From: an uncultured Gemmataceae bacterium
GTDB taxonomy: Bacteria; Planctomycetota; Planctomycetia; Gemmatales; Gemmataceae
Length of the DNA stretch: 64,000 bases
NCBI GenBank assembly: GCA_963750165.1
Contig: CAVVPN010000011.1
Coordinates: 1-64,000, forward strand
Direction of reading: 5' to 3'
Shown here: one piece after another, positions 12,325 to 22,441 of the stretch
Numbering within the stretch: position 1 is the first letter of the stretch
How the letters are laid out: each line of letters starts with the position of its first letter
Notes under the pieces: model-generated
Told to the model about the DNA's origin: nothing
Databases searched by the model: none
Seen by the model: the letters and a program-made list of their open reading frames with translations, nothing else
Program-made: the position numbers and the translations under genes

Positions 12325-12972
12325 ATGACACTGCGCATGGCGCTGGGCCTGACCCTGTTGCTGACGACGGTGACCGTCAGCCACGCTCAGGATAATCAGC
12401 CGCCGGACGGCTTTCGAGCGCTGTTCAACGGCAAGGACCTGACCGGCTGGAAGGCCACCGGCAAGATGGAGGTCTGGGGGACGGAAAAAGGCGTGCTGTA
12501 CGTCGAGAAGGGCGGCGGCGGCTGGCTGATGACCGAGAAGGAATACGGCAACTTCGAGCTGCGTCTGGAGTATAAAATGTCCGCCAAGGCCAACAGCGGC
12601 GTCGGCATCCGGTCGCCGCTCCAGGGTGACCCTGCCTACGTCGGCATGGAGATCCAGCTCATCGACGACGAGGGCTGGCCCAGCAAGCTGCAGACGTGGC
12701 AGCACACCGGCGCCATCTACAACGTCGTGCCGCCGAAGAAGACCAACAACCGGCCCATTGGCGAATGGAACAAGCTGCGCATCGTGGCGAAGGGCCGGCG
12801 CATCACCATCGAGCAGAACGGCGCAATTCTCGTGGACGCGAACCTCGACGACTACGTGAAAGAGCACGCCAAGAAGCACCCGGGCCTCCTGCGCGAGAAG
12901 GGCCACATCGGCTTCCAGAGCTATAACGTCCGTGTGGAGTTCCGCAACATCTTCATCAAGTCGCTGGACTGA
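12325..12972 (+). CDS. DUF1080 (3-keto-disaccharide hydrolase-like) protein
   Basis: Signal peptide; LFNGKDLTGW, NSGV, EIQLID, GEWN and GHIGFQ. Confidence 0.93.
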   Translation: MTLRMALGLTLLLTTVTVSHAQDNQPPDGFRALFNGKDLTGWKATGKMEVWGTEKGVLYVEKGGGGWLMTEKEYGNFELRLEYKMSAKANSGVGIRSPLQGDPAYVGMEIQLIDDEGWPSKLQTWQHTGAIYNVVPPKKTNNRPIGEWNKLRIVAKGRRITIEQNGAILVDANLDDYVKEHAKKHPGLLREKGHIGFQSYNVRVEFRNIFIKSLD

Positions 12973-12982
12973 CAAAAGATCA

Positions 12983-13054
12983 GATCCACAGATGACACAG
13001 ATAAAGACAAATTGATTTGGTTTTATCTGTGTTCATCTGTGTCATCTGTGGATC
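12983..13054. repeat. CCACAGATGACACAGA-type inverted repeat
   Basis: gatccacagatgacacagat ... atctgtgtcatctgtggatc. Confidence 0.8.
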
Positions 13055-13077
13055 GCTGGTTTTTTCAGGAGAGTTCG

Positions 13078-14604
13078 ATGGCTACCGACGGTATCGTTCG
13101 CGGCGTCACGCTCGTCTTCTTCGGCGGCACCGGTGACCTGGCCACACGCAAGCTGCTGCCGGCGCTGTTCCACGACTGGCAGCAGAAGCAACTGGCCGAG
13201 TGCCTCATCCTCGGCGTCGGCCGTCGCTGCAAGGACCTCGCCGAGTATCGCCAGTTCCTCGCCGAGCACGTCGCGGTGGCGAAGGAAGAGCCGGCCGCGT
13301 GGCAGCAGTTCCTCGCGCTGATCGATTACCATCGCGGCGACGCTCGCACCCGTGAGGACTTCGACGCCATCAAGCGGACCATCGAAACCCAGGAAAAGCA
13401 GCGCGGCCTGCCCGGCAAGCGGTTGTTCTACCTCGCGGTCGCGCCGGATTTGTTCGCGCCCATCGCGGAGCAGCTACACGCCGCCGGCCTGCTGCAACCG
13501 GCCAGCGGCGCCGAGGACGGCCACTGGACACGGCTGGTCATCGAGAAACCGTTCGGCCACGACCTGCGCAGCAGCCAGGAACTCGACCGCCGCCTGCACG
13601 CCGTCGCCGACGAGAGCCAGCTCTATCGCATCGACCACTACCTCGGCAAGGAAACCGTGCAGAACCTGCTCGTGTTCCGCTTCGGCAACGGCATCTTCGA
13701 GCCGGTCTGGAACCAGCGCTACGTCGAGTCGGTGCAGATCACCGTCGCCGAGACGCTGGGCGTCGAGGGCCGCGGCGCTTACTACGACCACGCTGGTGCC
13801 TTCCGCGACATGGTCCTCAACCACATGACGCAGCTGGTGGCCATGACCGCGATGGAGCCGCCCATCCGCGTCACCGCCGACGCCATCCGCGACGAAAAAG
13901 TCAAGGTGCTGGAGGCCATTCGCATTCCGCAGTCGCCTGAGGAGGTGTGCATCGCGACCGTCCACGCCCAGTACGGCGCCGGCACTATCGACGGCAAGCC
14001 GGTGCCGGGTTACCGTGACGAGCCCGGCGTCGCCAGGGATTCGCGGACGCCAACTTTCGTGGCCCTGCGGATGTACCTGGACAACTGGCGCTGGGCGAAC
14101 GTGCCGTTCTACCTGCGGCACGGCAAGCGGCTGGCGAAGCGCGGCACCGAGATCGCGATCAAGTTCCGCACGCCACCGCTGGCGCTGTTCCGTGACGCGG
14201 ACGTGTGCGGCCGGTCGCCGAACCTGCTCGTGATCCGCGTGCAGCCCAATGAGGGCATCGAACTTCACTTCGGGGCCAAGCGGCCGGGCGTCGGTCTGGC
14301 CACCGCCAACGTCAAGATGGACTTCGCCTACGAGAAGGAGTTCCACGTCCGCGTCGGCGACGCCTATGAGCGGCTGCTGCTGGACTGCCTCCGCGGCGAC
14401 GCGACGCTGTTCACGCGCGCCGACGAGGTTCACTATCAGTGGGAGTGGGGCGATGTCCTGCTATCGGCGTGGGAGCGCGAGAAGGTCGCGAAGCCGTTGA
14501 CGTACCCGGCCGGCAGCTGGGGGCCACCGGAGGCCGAGGCGCTGTTCCCGCACGGCAGTGAGATTCCGGCGGGGTCGTGCCCGGTCAACTGGCGGCGGTG
14601 GTGA
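13078..14604 (+). CDS. zwf: Glucose-6-phosphate 1-dehydrogenase
   Basis: GGTGDLATRKLLPALF, IEKPFG, RIDHYLGKETVQN and NWRWANVPFYLR. Confidence 0.97.
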   Translation: MATDGIVRGVTLVFFGGTGDLATRKLLPALFHDWQQKQLAECLILGVGRRCKDLAEYRQFLAEHVAVAKEEPAAWQQFLALIDYHRGDARTREDFDAIKRTIETQEKQRGLPGKRLFYLAVAPDLFAPIAEQLHAAGLLQPASGAEDGHWTRLVIEKPFGHDLRSSQELDRRLHAVADESQLYRIDHYLGKETVQNLLVFRFGNGIFEPVWNQRYVESVQITVAETLGVEGRGAYYDHAGAFRDMVLNHMTQLVAMTAMEPPIRVTADAIRDEKVKVLEAIRIPQSPEEVCIATVHAQYGAGTIDGKPVPGYRDEPGVARDSRTPTFVALRMYLDNWRWANVPFYLRHGKRLAKRGTEIAIKFRTPPLALFRDADVCGRSPNLLVIRVQPNEGIELHFGAKRPGVGLATANVKMDFAYEKEFHVRVGDAYERLLLDCLRGDATLFTRADEVHYQWEWGDVLLSAWEREKVAKPLTYPAGSWGPPEAEALFPHGSEIPAGSCPVNWRRW

Positions 14605-14729
14605 GGCGGCGCCCGCGGAGGTTGTCATGCTCCGGGGGCCGGATGGTCGCGAGCTATTCCTGAAAGAGTGGTCATGGCGGCGGGCGGCAGCAGTGGAGTT
14701 GACTTGACCATGAGACAAGGGGAACTGGG

Positions 14730-15182
14730 ATGATCCGGCAAGCGGTTTCGGCCCTCGCAGACCTGTACGAGTCCGACGAAACGGCGTGGCTCGAAGCAAT
14801 GGTCGAATTGATCCATCAGGGCAGAATCAGCGACCTGGATTACCCGCACCTGCAGGAGTACCTGGCGGACATGGCACGACGCGACCGGCGGGAGGTGAAG
14901 AGTCGGTTGACCGTGCTTATCGCGCACGTCCTGACGTGGGCGCATCGACCGGAACGGCGCTCGGCGAGCTGGCGCGGTACCGTCGTGGAGCAGCGCCAGG
15001 AGCTGGCGGACCTGGTGCGACGCGGCGTGTTGCGCAACCATGCGGAGGCGGTGTTGCCCGAAGCGTACGCCGACGCGCTTGAGCGCGTGGCCGCGGAGGC
15101 GGGGCTCGACAGCGCGGCGCTGCCGGGCGAGTGTCCGTTCACGATTGAGCAGTTGCTCGCCCCGGAAATCCTGGAGGCGTGA
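14730..15182 (+). CDS. DUF29 family protein
   Basis: LYESDETAW, SRLTVLIAHVLTW, SWRGTVVEQR and LPGECPFTIEQLL. Confidence 0.9.
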   Translation: MIRQAVSALADLYESDETAWLEAMVELIHQGRISDLDYPHLQEYLADMARRDRREVKSRLTVLIAHVLTWAHRPERRSASWRGTVVEQRQELADLVRRGVLRNHAEAVLPEAYADALERVAAEAGLDSAALPGECPFTIEQLLAPEILEA

Positions 15183-15204
15183 GCACCACCGTGGAGAACG
15201 TGCC

Positions 15205-15759
15205 ATGACCGACCCCGAACCCGTCGTCCCGCAGCAGCGGGTGCTCACGCTGCAGATCATCGTCGGCGCGCTCCTGACGGGCGTGACCGCGTTCCTGGTG
15301 ATCGTCCTGGCCATCGTGCTGGGCGGCAATGTGCCGGCACGCGGCGGGCTGCCGATGATGGCGCTCATCGCCGTGGCCGTGATGGCCGTCAACGCGACCC
15401 TGGCGGTGGCGCTGCCCGGCTTCATGACGCAGCGGGCGGTGCAGCAGATCGCCACCGGCACCTGGGCGCCGCCGCCCAACGTCAACCCGGCCGACGTCGC
15501 CACCGACGCCGCCAAGCTCCTGCTCGTGCGTCAGACCACGCTGCTCGTCGCCGCGGCGCTGCTGGAAGCGGCCGGCTTCCTGGGCTGCATCGCCTTCCTG
15601 CTGGAGCAGCAGTATTTCGCCCTGGCGGTCGTGGGCGCCGTGCTGATCGGACTGCTGGCGCTGTTCCCGACGGCCGGCACGGTGCGGGCGTGGCTGGAGC
15701 GGCAGCTGGCGCGGATCGACGAGCTGCGCCTGCGCGGCGAAATTGCGCCGGAGCGTTAA
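15205..15759 (+). CDS. Hypothetical membrane protein (about 4 TM)
   Basis: Hydrophobic segments; RBS ggag before MTDPEP. Confidence 0.75.
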   Translation: MTDPEPVVPQQRVLTLQIIVGALLTGVTAFLVIVLAIVLGGNVPARGGLPMMALIAVAVMAVNATLAVALPGFMTQRAVQQIATGTWAPPPNVNPADVATDAAKLLLVRQTTLLVAAALLEAAGFLGCIAFLLEQQYFALAVVGAVLIGLLALFPTAGTVRAWLERQLARIDELRLRGEIAPER

Positions 15760-15775
15760 GAAGCGGTGTTGGTCC

Positions 15776-15840
15776 TGGTTCGTAGTTCCGCCTTCAGGCG
15801 GGTGGGAACGAAGACCGCCTGAAGGCGGAACTACGAACCA
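15776..15840. repeat. GTAG-type REP doublet
   Basis: tggttcGTAGttccgccttcaggcgg ... ccgcctgaaggcggaaCTACgaacca. Confidence 0.88.
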
Positions 15841-15877
15841 AGAGGCCACAAGCGCTGTTGGAGAATGAGGCCATCCC

Positions 15878-16762
15878 ATGCTCCCCCGTGAAGTTCTGCG
15901 CCAGGTGCGTCGCCTGCAACTACGGGCTCGCCGCGCCGTCGAAGACCCGCTCGGCGGCGAGTACCGCAGCGTCTTCAAGGGCGCCGGCATCGCCTTCGAG
16001 GAGGTGCGCGAGTACCAGCCCGGCGACGACATCCGCGCCATCGACTGGAACGTCACCGCGCGCATGGGCCACCCATTCATCAAGCGCTTCGTCGAGGAAC
16101 GCGAGTTGACGGTGATGCTGCTGGTCGATTGCAGCGGCAGTCAGCGCTTCGGCAGCGGCTTCCAGCAGAAGCGCGACGTGGCGGCGGAGCTGGCGGCGTT
16201 GCTGGCCTTCAGCGCCATCAGCAATAATGACAAGGTCGGCCTGGTGGCGTTCACCGACCGCGTGGAAAAATTCGTGCCGCCGCGCAAGGGCGTCCGCCAT
16301 GTGCTGCGGTTGATCCGCGACGTGCTCACCTTCCAGCCACAGGGCCAGGGCACCAATGTGCGCGAGGCGCTGCACTACGTCAACCGCGTGCTGCACCGCC
16401 GCGGCATCCTGTTCTTGATGAGCGACTTCCTCGATCAGGGCTACGACCGCATGTTCAAACTGACCGGCCGCCGTCACGACCTGATCGCGGTGCCGATCCG
16501 CGACCGCCGCGAGGAGGAGATGCCAAAGGTCGGCCTGCTGCAACTGGAGGACGCCGAGACCGGCGAACTGCTGCTGCTGGACACGCGTCGGGCGGCCCTG
16601 CGACAGGCGTACGCCGAGGAGGCCCGGCGGCGGCGCGAACAACTGCGGCAACTGGCGCGGTCGGCGCGTGTCGATCTTATCGAGGTGTGGACGGACGGCG
16701 GCCATCTGGATGCGCTCATCCGCTTCTTCCGCCTGCGCGAGCGGCGCCTGAGGAGAACGTAG
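15878..16762 (+). CDS. DUF58 (vWA-like, MoxR-associated) protein
   Basis: FEEVREYQPGDDIRAIDWNVTAR, EEREL, VDCSGS and SDF. Confidence 0.93.
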   Translation: MLPREVLRQVRRLQLRARRAVEDPLGGEYRSVFKGAGIAFEEVREYQPGDDIRAIDWNVTARMGHPFIKRFVEERELTVMLLVDCSGSQRFGSGFQQKRDVAAELAALLAFSAISNNDKVGLVAFTDRVEKFVPPRKGVRHVLRLIRDVLTFQPQGQGTNVREALHYVNRVLHRRGILFLMSDFLDQGYDRMFKLTGRRHDLIAVPIRDRREEEMPKVGLLQLEDAETGELLLLDTRRAALRQAYAEEARRRREQLRQLARSARVDLIEVWTDGGHLDALIRFFRLRERRLRRT

Positions 16763-16764
16763 CC

Positions 16765-17754
16765 GTGACACGGTTCTGGCTCGGTCTGATGCTGCTCGCC
16801 AGCCTGGCGGCGCCGCAGGGACTGCCGCCGCAGCGCGACCACCAGGCGACGCTGACCATCCTGGACGGCGTCGGCGCCGACCGGACGCTGCGCCTCTCCG
16901 GCGAGGTGCGCGTGCGCGTCGAGGTCGTCGGCACGGCCCCGCTGACGGTGCAGATGGACGATCCGCTCGGCGACGCCAACTGGGCCGTGCGAGCGGGCAA
17001 GCCGACGCAGACGGTCACGGGCGCGGACGGCAAACAGGCGACGTGGCGGCGCGAGCTGGTGTTCGAGCCGTTGCAGCCGGGCGAGCACGTGCTGGCGGTG
17101 CCGGCGCTGCGCTACAAGGAGGACGACGGCGACTGGGTGGACGTGGCCTGGAAACAGCGGCCGGCGCTGCGTGTGCTGACGCAGGTCGGCAAGCCGGACG
17201 TGGACGAGTCCCGCGACATCACCGACATTGAACCCCTGCCGCCGGTCGAGCCCGCGGCGGCACCGTGGCCGTGGCTGGCGGCAGCCGGTGCGGCGGTGCT
17301 GCTGGCGGCGGCGGCGTGGCTGGTGCTGCGCCGGCGACGAGCGCCGGCGCCACCGCCGGATCGGGTGGCGCTGTGCGAACTGGAGCGGCTGGCGCGGCAG
17401 CAGCCCGCCACCGCGGCGGAGGCGGAGCGGCACCACCGCGAACTGGCCGAGGTGCTGCGGCAGTACCTGGAACAGCGTTTTCGGCTGCCGGCGCAGCGCC
17501 GCACCAGCGCGGAACTGGCCGCGGAATTGCGGCAGGCGGACGTGCTGACGCAGGAACAGCAGACACTGCTGGTGGACGTGCTGGCACGCTGCGACCTGGC
17601 GAAGTTCGCAGCGCTGGCGGAGCCGGCGGCGTGTGCGGCGCTGGTCAGCCAGGCGCGGGCGCTGGTGGAACAGACCGCGGTGGAGCGGCCAGCGGTCGTG
17701 TCCGCCGGAAGCGCTCCAGCAGGACGCGCGTCCACACCACCGTCATGGCGATGA
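16765..17754 (+). CDS. BatD-like / DUF4381-like membrane-anchored protein
   Basis: Signal peptide, Ig-like part, RDITDIE followed by a TM, LRQYLEQRF and CDLAKFA; follows DUF58. Confidence 0.7.
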   Translation: MTRFWLGLMLLASLAAPQGLPPQRDHQATLTILDGVGADRTLRLSGEVRVRVEVVGTAPLTVQMDDPLGDANWAVRAGKPTQTVTGADGKQATWRRELVFEPLQPGEHVLAVPALRYKEDDGDWVDVAWKQRPALRVLTQVGKPDVDESRDITDIEPLPPVEPAAAPWPWLAAAGAAVLLAAAAWLVLRRRRAPAPPPDRVALCELERLARQQPATAAEAERHHRELAEVLRQYLEQRFRLPAQRRTSAELAAELRQADVLTQEQQTLLVDVLARCDLAKFAALAEPAACAALVSQARALVEQTAVERPAVVSAGSAPAGRASTPPSWR

Positions 17755-18076
17755 GGATGAAGGCGAAGACGCTGCCGGCGATCCAGGCCGCCGCCGTCGC
17801 GCTCAGTTCCACGCCCGCCCAGTGCTTCGCCATCAACTGGATGTAGGAAGATTCCGAGTCGTGGTAGCCGAGCTGCCGGCGCACCTGGAAGTGCCAGTCC
17901 GTACACAGGCAGTAGCCCCAGCCGTAAAACGCGCCCAGCACGAACCAGGAAAAGATGACGGCGCCCATCGTAATCAGGTGCAGCAAGCGCGTCCGCCGAA
18001 ACGCCCAGCCGACGATGTTGAAAACGATCAGCAGGCTGTGCAGTACGAAAAACGCCTGGTTGAGCAGAATCAGCAT
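17645..18076 (-). CDS. DUF2784-like membrane protein
   Basis: FFVLHSLLIVFN, GWGYCLCTDW and SYIQ pattern. Confidence 0.75.
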   Translation of the reverse strand: MLILLNQAFFVLHSLLIVFNIVGWAFRRTRLLHLITMGAVIFSWFVLGAFYGWGYCLCTDWHFQVRRQLGYHDSESSYIQLMAKHWAGVELSATAAAWIAGSVFAFILIAMTVVWTRVLLERFRRTRPLAAPPRSVPPAPAPG

Positions 18077-18281
18077 GGCATCCCCTTTGCGGTCGCGCAC
18101 GCAGGTGGCAACCCCTCATCTCCCATTCTAAGTGGGATGCGCGCACCGCGAGAATAATTCCCGGCGGCGACCAGGGGAATCGATCCGAACTCAGCGCCTC
18201 AATGTTTTACGGGCGGTTGGTCGGTATGTTGGATGAAGGTCGCCCGCCCTGCCGAGGGAGTATTCCCGGCGGGTAACCTCG

Positions 18282-18360
18282 TCACGTGGCACGGCTCTCC
18301 CGAACCGTGGTTCCGCAGCATTCGGCTTGCTGCACGGCTCTGGTGAGCCGTGCCACGTGA
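18282..18360. repeat. GTGG-type REP doublet
   Basis: tcacGTGGcacggctctcccgaaccgtg ... cacggctctggtgagccgtgCCACgtga. Confidence 0.8.
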
Positions 18361-18386
18361 GCAGCTTGGCCGCCGGGGGAAAAATC

Positions 18387-18917
18387 ATGAACCACATGCA
18401 GGAGGTGGACTACACATTCGTCCTTGTGCTTCCGGGCTTCGGCGCAGAGCGCGAGCACGCCGAAGCCATCGTCGAGAGCGCCCTGGACTGGCTGAACACC
18501 CACAAGGAAAAGCCGGGCTTCCGCTTCGCGCCGCCGGTGAGCGCCCGCCTGGAGATCCTTGCGGATGCCGACACGGCCCGTGATCGCATTGACGAGCGCG
18601 AGGACGTGGCGATGGTGCTTCTGCACGACCTCGACGACGCGGAGCGCGACGATCTGCTGCGGCACTGCGCGGCGCGACACATCTCCGTCTGCCGCACCGT
18701 GGACGCCCCGCGGCAGACCGGACCACGGAACGAGCCGTGGAAGATCGTTTTCCGCAAAAAGCCGCTGGACGAGGAAGTGGCCACGCATCGATTGGCCGCG
18801 GCGACGCTGACCGATCCGATCGGAGAGGACGAGGACACCGGCGGGCGCGCCAGCGAGTTGATCGCGGTGCTGGCGCTGGGCGTGATGCAGCACCACTGGG
18901 AGCAGCGAACCGCATGA
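18387..18917 (+). CDS. Hypothetical protein
   Basis: Coding-like codon usage and composition; start MNHMQE. Confidence 0.7.
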   Translation: MNHMQEVDYTFVLVLPGFGAEREHAEAIVESALDWLNTHKEKPGFRFAPPVSARLEILADADTARDRIDEREDVAMVLLHDLDDAERDDLLRHCAARHISVCRTVDAPRQTGPRNEPWKIVFRKKPLDEEVATHRLAAATLTDPIGEDEDTGGRASELIAVLALGVMQHHWEQRTA

Positions 18918-19057
18918 GCGCTGTTCTGCTACCGCTGCCGCATAAGGATGAGCAAGTTCACGGCCCAGCGATCCTGGGCAATCGCCTCACCGTCTATCAT
19001 CTTCCAGAGCGGTTCGCAGGCGGAGCGCGCACGGGTGGGGCGGCGGGCACGGCTTGA
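18914..19057 (+). pseudogene. Truncated DUF433-like antitoxin stub
   Basis: GPAILGNRLTVYHL resembles the DUF433 motif GxPxIxGTRIxV; degenerates afterwards. Confidence 0.45.
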
Positions 19058-19090
19058 CCACCAGCGGCCTGCACTGCCACAGCAAGGGAG

Positions 19091-19295
19091 CCAAGGGAAA
19101 CCGCACTGGCTATCTTTGGCGGGGTCTCGATCCCTGATTTTTCCCTGGGTTTCCTGGGTTGCGCCGCCGGCCGGCCTCCGGCCCGCCTCGTTTGTCCACC
19201 CGGAATGTGGCTGAAAAACCCAGGGTTTCGTTGACCTAACCCCTTGCCCGACTGGGGTTAGCTACCCCCAAAGATAGCCAGTGCGGTTCCCTTGG
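19091..19295. mobile_element. MITE-like non-coding element, 205 bp
   Basis: TIRs ccaagggaaaccgcactggctatctttgg (19091-19119) and ccaaagatagccagtgcggttcccttgg (19268-19295), differing by one indel; no TSD found. Confidence 0.7.
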
Positions 19296-19352
19296 TCCTC
19301 TCGGGGATCACCCATACGCCGCTGGCCAGTCACCAGCGGCGTTGGCGTTCGA

Positions 19353-19535
19353 TTACATGCCGATTTTTTCCAACTCCTCTCCAGCGCGTTTCGCGCCACG
19401 TTCACGCTGCCGTTGAGCGCGCGTGGTGTCCGGGCGCGGCGTAAGGGATGGGGCAGAGTCGCAAGGGATTGCCGGCGTGAGCGCGGCCAAAAACCGAGCC
19501 AGCGCCGCGCGGCTCGTACACCACTTGCTGCCGAG
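19353..19535 (-). pseudogene. C-terminal remnant of a DUF1580-like HTH (excisionase-like) protein
   Basis: LGSKWCTSRAALARFLAALT ... QRQRERGAKRAGEELEKIGM*, frameshifted and fused to the integrase remnant. Confidence 0.6.
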
Positions 19536-20658
19536 CGGTAGCTACGCCGGTTGTAGCGCTCGGCGGGCTGGCGCTTTGGGTTGGCCTTCCGCTTGCGGTT
19601 CTTCTCGCTGGGTGTGCGCTTCGTCTTCCGCTGCGCGGCACGCCTCGCGCGCAGTTCCTCGACGTAGGCTTTCGGCGAGAACAAGTATTCCTCGACGTTG
19701 GGGCGGAGGAACGGCTTGACGACCTCCTGGGCCTGCGGCCCCAGGTGGATGATACGATCCAGCTCCCGGTGCTGGTTCTTGTGCTTGCGGGGCCTGTACG
19801 TCCAGACCGCCCTGCCCGTGTTCAGGTCGATGCCCCGCATCACCATCACCTCGCCGGCCCTCATTCCGGTGAGCAACTGCACCCGCACCATCGCGGCGAC
19901 GGGGCGGGCATCTTCGCCTGTGTGGCCTCGACCACCTCGACCGTCACGGGTTGCACGCCTTCCCCTTCGGGTGCCTCGGTTCGCCCCTGTTGCAACCCCT
20001 GCACGGCGGCCAGGGCACGGTGGACTGTTTCGGGACCATCTCTTCGGCGACCACCCACCGGAACAGTCGCACGACATGGCCGATCCGCTGGTTGATGACG
20101 CCGCGGGTAAGGGCCTTCTCCGAACGGAGCAACTCAGCGGGCCGCCACCTCTTCTTCCACAGGGCCTCACAGCCGTCCGGGGTTTACCGGAAGCAGTGAT
20201 CCCACACTCAGCGCTCCAGTGTCTGTTCCTCGATCTTGAAGCGCACGAGGTAGCGCTGGGAGTCGGCCATCTTCTACCGCAGAGCCTTCAACTTGAGAGG
20301 GGAGAATTCCACGGTAGGGAGCATGCCGTACATGGCCCGAAGCGGTCGGAGCGAAATGCGCAGGTTGTTCAGTTCGCTGGACGACTCGCCGTCAGCGGTA
20401 GTGTTGCTCTGCGTGCTTCCAGAACTCAAGCACAACCTCGTTGATCGACCGTGAGCAGGCTTCCCGGGTGACCTTGAGTTGACGGCCGGACGCCTCCCAT
20501 TCGGCGATCACCCGGGCGTACTCCGCGCGGCTTTCGGGCGTGCCGTGGCGCCCGAGCAGAACGTCGCGGCGCCCGCCCAGCCCGTCTGTGAGAGTGACGA
20601 CGGCCTGGCCAGATTGCTTGTGGAGGCGGTAAGTAGGGACGTTGAACGTGCGGGACAT
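19536..20658 (-). pseudogene. Decayed tyrosine recombinase (integrase)
   Basis: N-terminus PTYRLHKQSGQAVVTL; LTGMRAGEV box I; HKN; three in-frame stops plus frameshifts; C-terminal HxxR/Y region missing. Confidence 0.88.
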
Positions 20659-20765
20659 GCGGTGGACCCTTCTGCGGAAGACTTCCGCAACTTTCAGGGT
20701 TTCCGGCCGCACTCCCGACCGTCGAGAGGTACGCTTAACTAGCGTCAGGCTATCGGTTTGCGTTC

Positions 20766-20809
20766 AGAGCGGGCGATGGGATTCGAACCCACGACGTCCA
20801 GCTTGGGAA
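20766..20809 (-). other. 3' half of tRNA-Gly(CCC), an att-site fragment
   Basis: Reverse complement TTCCCAAGCTGGACGTCGTGGGTTCGAATCCCATCGCCCGCTCT; similarity starts at the anticodon loop and the 5' half is absent. Confidence 0.85.
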
Positions 20810-20901
20810 CAACCGCTCTTGCCGTCGCAACTGCTGAACCCATCTTTCTTTGGGGATTATAGATCAAGGCAAATTGTGCTGCAAGGTGAGTTGTACTGTC
20901 G

Positions 20902-22441
20902 TGTCATGGAACAATAGAAATGTCCGCATTTTGGGAACAATAAAAATGTCCGCTGTCACAGGGTTGTCACTTTTGCTTTTTGAACGGCTGCCGCCAGGGG
21001 TGATCTTCGGCTGGACCGCGGCGCCGCTTCGGGGTATCTTCCCCCGCGCCGTCGGGAGGATAGGGCTCCGCAGGAGTGCGACCCGAGCGCCCGCCGGTCG
21101 GCTGCATGCCAGTCGGCTCGGCCCCCTCACCCGGGGCCGGGCTTTCTTCTTCCCCGTTGGCATCGGCCGCCAAGGCGTTAAACTCCGGGGGTCTGGGGGC
21201 TCTGCCCCCAGGGCGGCACCCCGCTGGGACCTCCCGGTACTTCAGATAGCGGCCGCCGAAGCGGATCGCCAGCTCCCCATCCAGCCGCAGTTCGATCACC
21301 ACTTTGCCGCCGCGCTGCCCCGGGTAGATCGGCTTGAGCAACTGATAGCAGCGGTTGCGGAAGCGGATCGTGTAGTCGTTGGCGACCACGCGCTCCTCCT
21401 GGAGCGACAGGATCGCCGCCAGGTCGTGCGCCGGCCCCAGCGGCCGGTGCGCGTCGCCGACGTGCCGCGCCGCCTGGGTGAAGCGGCGGTTGTGCGCGGG
21501 CAACAGCCGCTCCAGCACCGCATTGGCCTGCGCAGGTGGTCACCCCCGCCAGGCGCAGTTCCTTGACCCACCGATCCTGGGCGGTGCCGAACGAGCGCTC
21601 GAGCCGCCCCTTGGCCTGCGGGCTGTGGGCGCGGATCAGGCCGATGCCCAGCTCGCGCAGCGCCCGGCCGAACTGGGTCTCGGCGTCCGGCAAGGCCTTG
21701 CCCTTGTCCTGGGGCGCGAAGATGCTGTGCCGGTCGGTGTACAACTCCAACGGCCGGCCGAACCGGCGCAGCCAGCGGCCCAGCAGGTCCAGGTGCGTCT
21801 CGGTCGTGGCCGCCGGGTAGAAGCGCGCCAGCACGCGGCTGGTGGCGTCGTCGATCAAGCTGATCAAGACCACCTCCTCGCCGCGCCCCTCGAGCCAGTC
21901 GTGGATCGAGGCGTCCATCTGGACCAGCTCGCCGAAGCAGGCGCGCCGAGGCCGGCGGCTGCGGTGTTGCTCGCGGCGGCGCTGGCGCTGCCACAGGCCG
22001 GCGGCCAGCAGCCAGCGGCGCAGCGTCTGCGGGCAGACCACCAGCCCCTCCTGGGCCAGCTTCTCGCTGGCGAAGGGGGGGCCGAAGTCGGCGTAGCGCT
22101 GGCGGTAGGCCCGCAGGACGGCGTGCCGGAGGGCGGCGTCGGCCTGGTGGTTGGAAGGCTGGCCGCGCAGCCCGTGGACCAGGGCGTCGTCGCCGTGCGC
22201 TTCGAGTTTGCGCTGCAGGCGGCGGACCTGGCGGGTGCTGAGGTCGAGCAACCGAGCGGCCTCGGCCTGGGTGCGCTCGCCGCGCAGGACGCCGTACATG
22301 ACCTTGAGGACATCGCGTTCCTTCTGGCTCATGGCGATCCGGTCTGTGGGAAGCACGTCGATAGGCATGGCTCCTCCTTGGCCTGGGCAAGGAGGACATT
22401 TCTATCGCGTTAAGACCGGACATTTCTATTGTCGTTCAACA
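20902..22441 (-). mobile_element. IS1202-like (ISNCY) insertion sequence
   Basis: TGT-initiated TIRs tgtcatggaACAATAGAAATGTCC / tgttgaacgACAATAGAAATGTCC, each with a second internal copy of the motif; no TSD seen. Confidence 0.85.
20967..22368 (-). CDS. ISNCY/IS1202-like DDE transposase, frameshift near 21530
   Basis: HTH, GELVQMDASIHDWLE, IDDATS, YTDRHSIF and SPQAKGRLER; C-terminus continues in ORF 20967-21518. Confidence 0.88.

Noticed and set aside
20710..20740. Xer-site-like actcccgaccg...tacgcttaact upstream of the integrase
   Set aside because: Too many mismatches and spacing is off; cannot be supported without an alignment.
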